A stretch of DNA of 64,000 nucleotides, taken from positions 73,718,001 through 73,782,000 of the forward strand of contig NC_043000.1 of assembly GCF_006345805.1 (NCBI RefSeq), written 5' to 3'. Of the stretch, positions 62,393 through 64,000 are shown in pieces (the stretch's first letter is position 1; every line of letters starts with the position of its first letter). The notes beneath the pieces are model-generated. The model had not been told where the DNA came from. It ran no database searches and was given only the letters and a program-made list of their open reading frames with translations. Made by a program: the position numbers and the translations under genes. The stretch is from Octopus sinensis. Lineage: Eukaryota.

Positions 62393-63997
62393 ATGGCTAT
62401 GAAGCGAACAGTTGGCTGTTCCTTCCTTCAAGATACACTCCCTCCGCAAACACACACAACTCGTACAAAACACCCACTTCACGCCTTAAAAGGCAACAAA
62501 GATTCTCCTTCCGAACCGCAGAGCACGAGCTCCGTTCAAAAGTAGAATGCAAGCCAGGACGTCGCGTTCGACGTAATTCTCGATTTTCCCCCTCTGCCTT
62601 CACCTAATGCTTTGGTACGGAAGGAGGAGGAAAAAAAAACAAATACAAAAATCATCACAAACATTGACACGGAGATAAAAGAAAAAACTTCCAACAATTT
62701 TGCTTCTGCTGCGAAGCAAATTTCGGAGGAAGTTAAGATAACTCTAGAAGATGTGAAAAGAGCGAAGGAATTGTTAAGGAAGGATGGCAATGGTATCTTC
62801 CTCAATACTCCACAAGAGGTGATTGAAAGCACCAACAAGCAAACAATAATTTACAAAGTTTTCGACAGAAAACTAAAAAGAATAACAAATGCCACACCCC
62901 AACAGTTGGAGATAGCTCTAAAGCCCATTTGGGCCCAAAAGAGCTACGTAACCAAGGGGAAGCGTTTTGGAACCGTGGAGGTTCGCTTCCCAACAGAGGA
63001 GCTTGCAAGGGCGAACGCCATTTCGCCCTTGCAAACTGAGAATTTGTTACTAATTCCGACCCACCTCGGGCGAAGAGTAACAAAAATAAAAATCGACCTC
63101 GTCCCCCCTGAGCTAAATATGTCATGGCTGGTGGCAGCTGTCCTCTATGATATAGAGGACACTACCACCATTCTAGATGTCAGGAGAGTGAGGGCGAAAA
63201 ACTGGTTGGGGATGGGAGTGCTGCTTCTTGCGCAAATTCAGCAAGAGAATATAAGTAAAATCCCTGATTTCGTAAGTTTGCCGGACGGCACCAGGCTAAA
63301 CGTTGCTGTGGAGGGGCGAAAGCCAAAATGTTTTCTCTGCAGCAGCGAAAGCCACTTAAAGAGGGACTGTCCCATTCACAAAAAGAGGATGGAGGCTTTC
63401 AGCAAGAGGCAGCAGCAACAACAACAACAACAACAACAACAACACAAGCAACAACAACAGAAACAACAAAAACAGCAAGAAACACCAAAGGCTGCCACAC
63501 CACCAACACCATCACCAACACCAGCACCAAGACGAACAACACCACCTCCAACAACAACAACCACCACCAAACCAACACCGACAACCACCAGCAAACCAAC
63601 ACCGACACCAGTACCTCGAAGGTCGACAGCAGCGACATCAACAGTAACAGGAGCAGCGGCACCACCGATACCGGCGGAACCAAAAGCTTTTCGTCCTGCT
63701 ACTGAAGCAGACCCCTCAACCATTCCTTTGCCGGATGAAGAGATCTCGGATTGTGCGAGCTCTGATTCCAACAAAGGAGAATGGAACATAGTACCTCCAA
63801 AAAAGAAAAGGAGGAAAACACAAAAAGATTTACAGGGGAAGCACGAACAAACAGTACTTCCCAACATCAACAACAACATCAACAACAACACACACTCACA
63901 ACAACAAACAACAACAACAACACTTTCGACACCACTACTGCCACTACCACAGACACAACAAACACAGACACAATTACAGACACGATTACAGCAGTGA
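62393..63997 (+). CDS. L1/Tx1-type ORF1 (RRM-like + CCHC knuckle + Q/T/P-rich tail), copy F
   Basis: ATG at 62393 is in frame, with a single TAG at 62543, then open to TGA at 63995-97; GKRFGTVEVRF, LIPTHLGRR, CFLCSSESHLKRDC. Confidence 0.8.
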
Positions 63998-64000
63998 ATA

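Noticed and set aside
63328-63891. Alternative-frame and antisense ORFs (poly-T, poly-V/C)
   Set aside because: Shadows of the CAA-rich ORF1 tail.

Overview
Eukaryotic, repeat-saturated non-coding DNA (long AT/TG/GATA microsatellites, tRNA-derived SINEs and RTE tails typical of octopus genomes; the species cannot be fixed from sequence alone). There is no intact cellular gene. Three phase-compatible short minus-strand exon candidates (45290-45332, 36501-36589, 5160-5213) suggest the window may be mostly intron. Nearly all ORFs come from retroelements: a decayed CRE-clade RLE element, several RTE LINEs (one near full length with a PHD finger), a nested R4/Dong-like LINE, Penelope-like elements (PLEs), and about seven L1/Tx1-type ORF1 (RRM-like + CCHC) copies. 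Solo LTRs, mariner, hAT and Helentron-like elements, foldbacks and two satellites are also present. Most interesting: (1) ORF1-only 'half-Tx1' elements with complete 3' ends, stacked head-to-tail at a shared junction motif; (2) a young PLE whose terminal repeats carry a variant minimal hammerhead-like fold; (3) LINE-linked tandem arrays (a ~336-bp RTE 3'UTR array, and a 140-bp satellite enclosed with an RTE between direct repeats); (4) near-perfect hairpins at RTE 5' truncation points and foldbacks with TTAGGG cores. Element boundaries are read by eye and are approximate unless TSDs/TIRs are quoted. Family assignments rest on motif recognition, not database searches.
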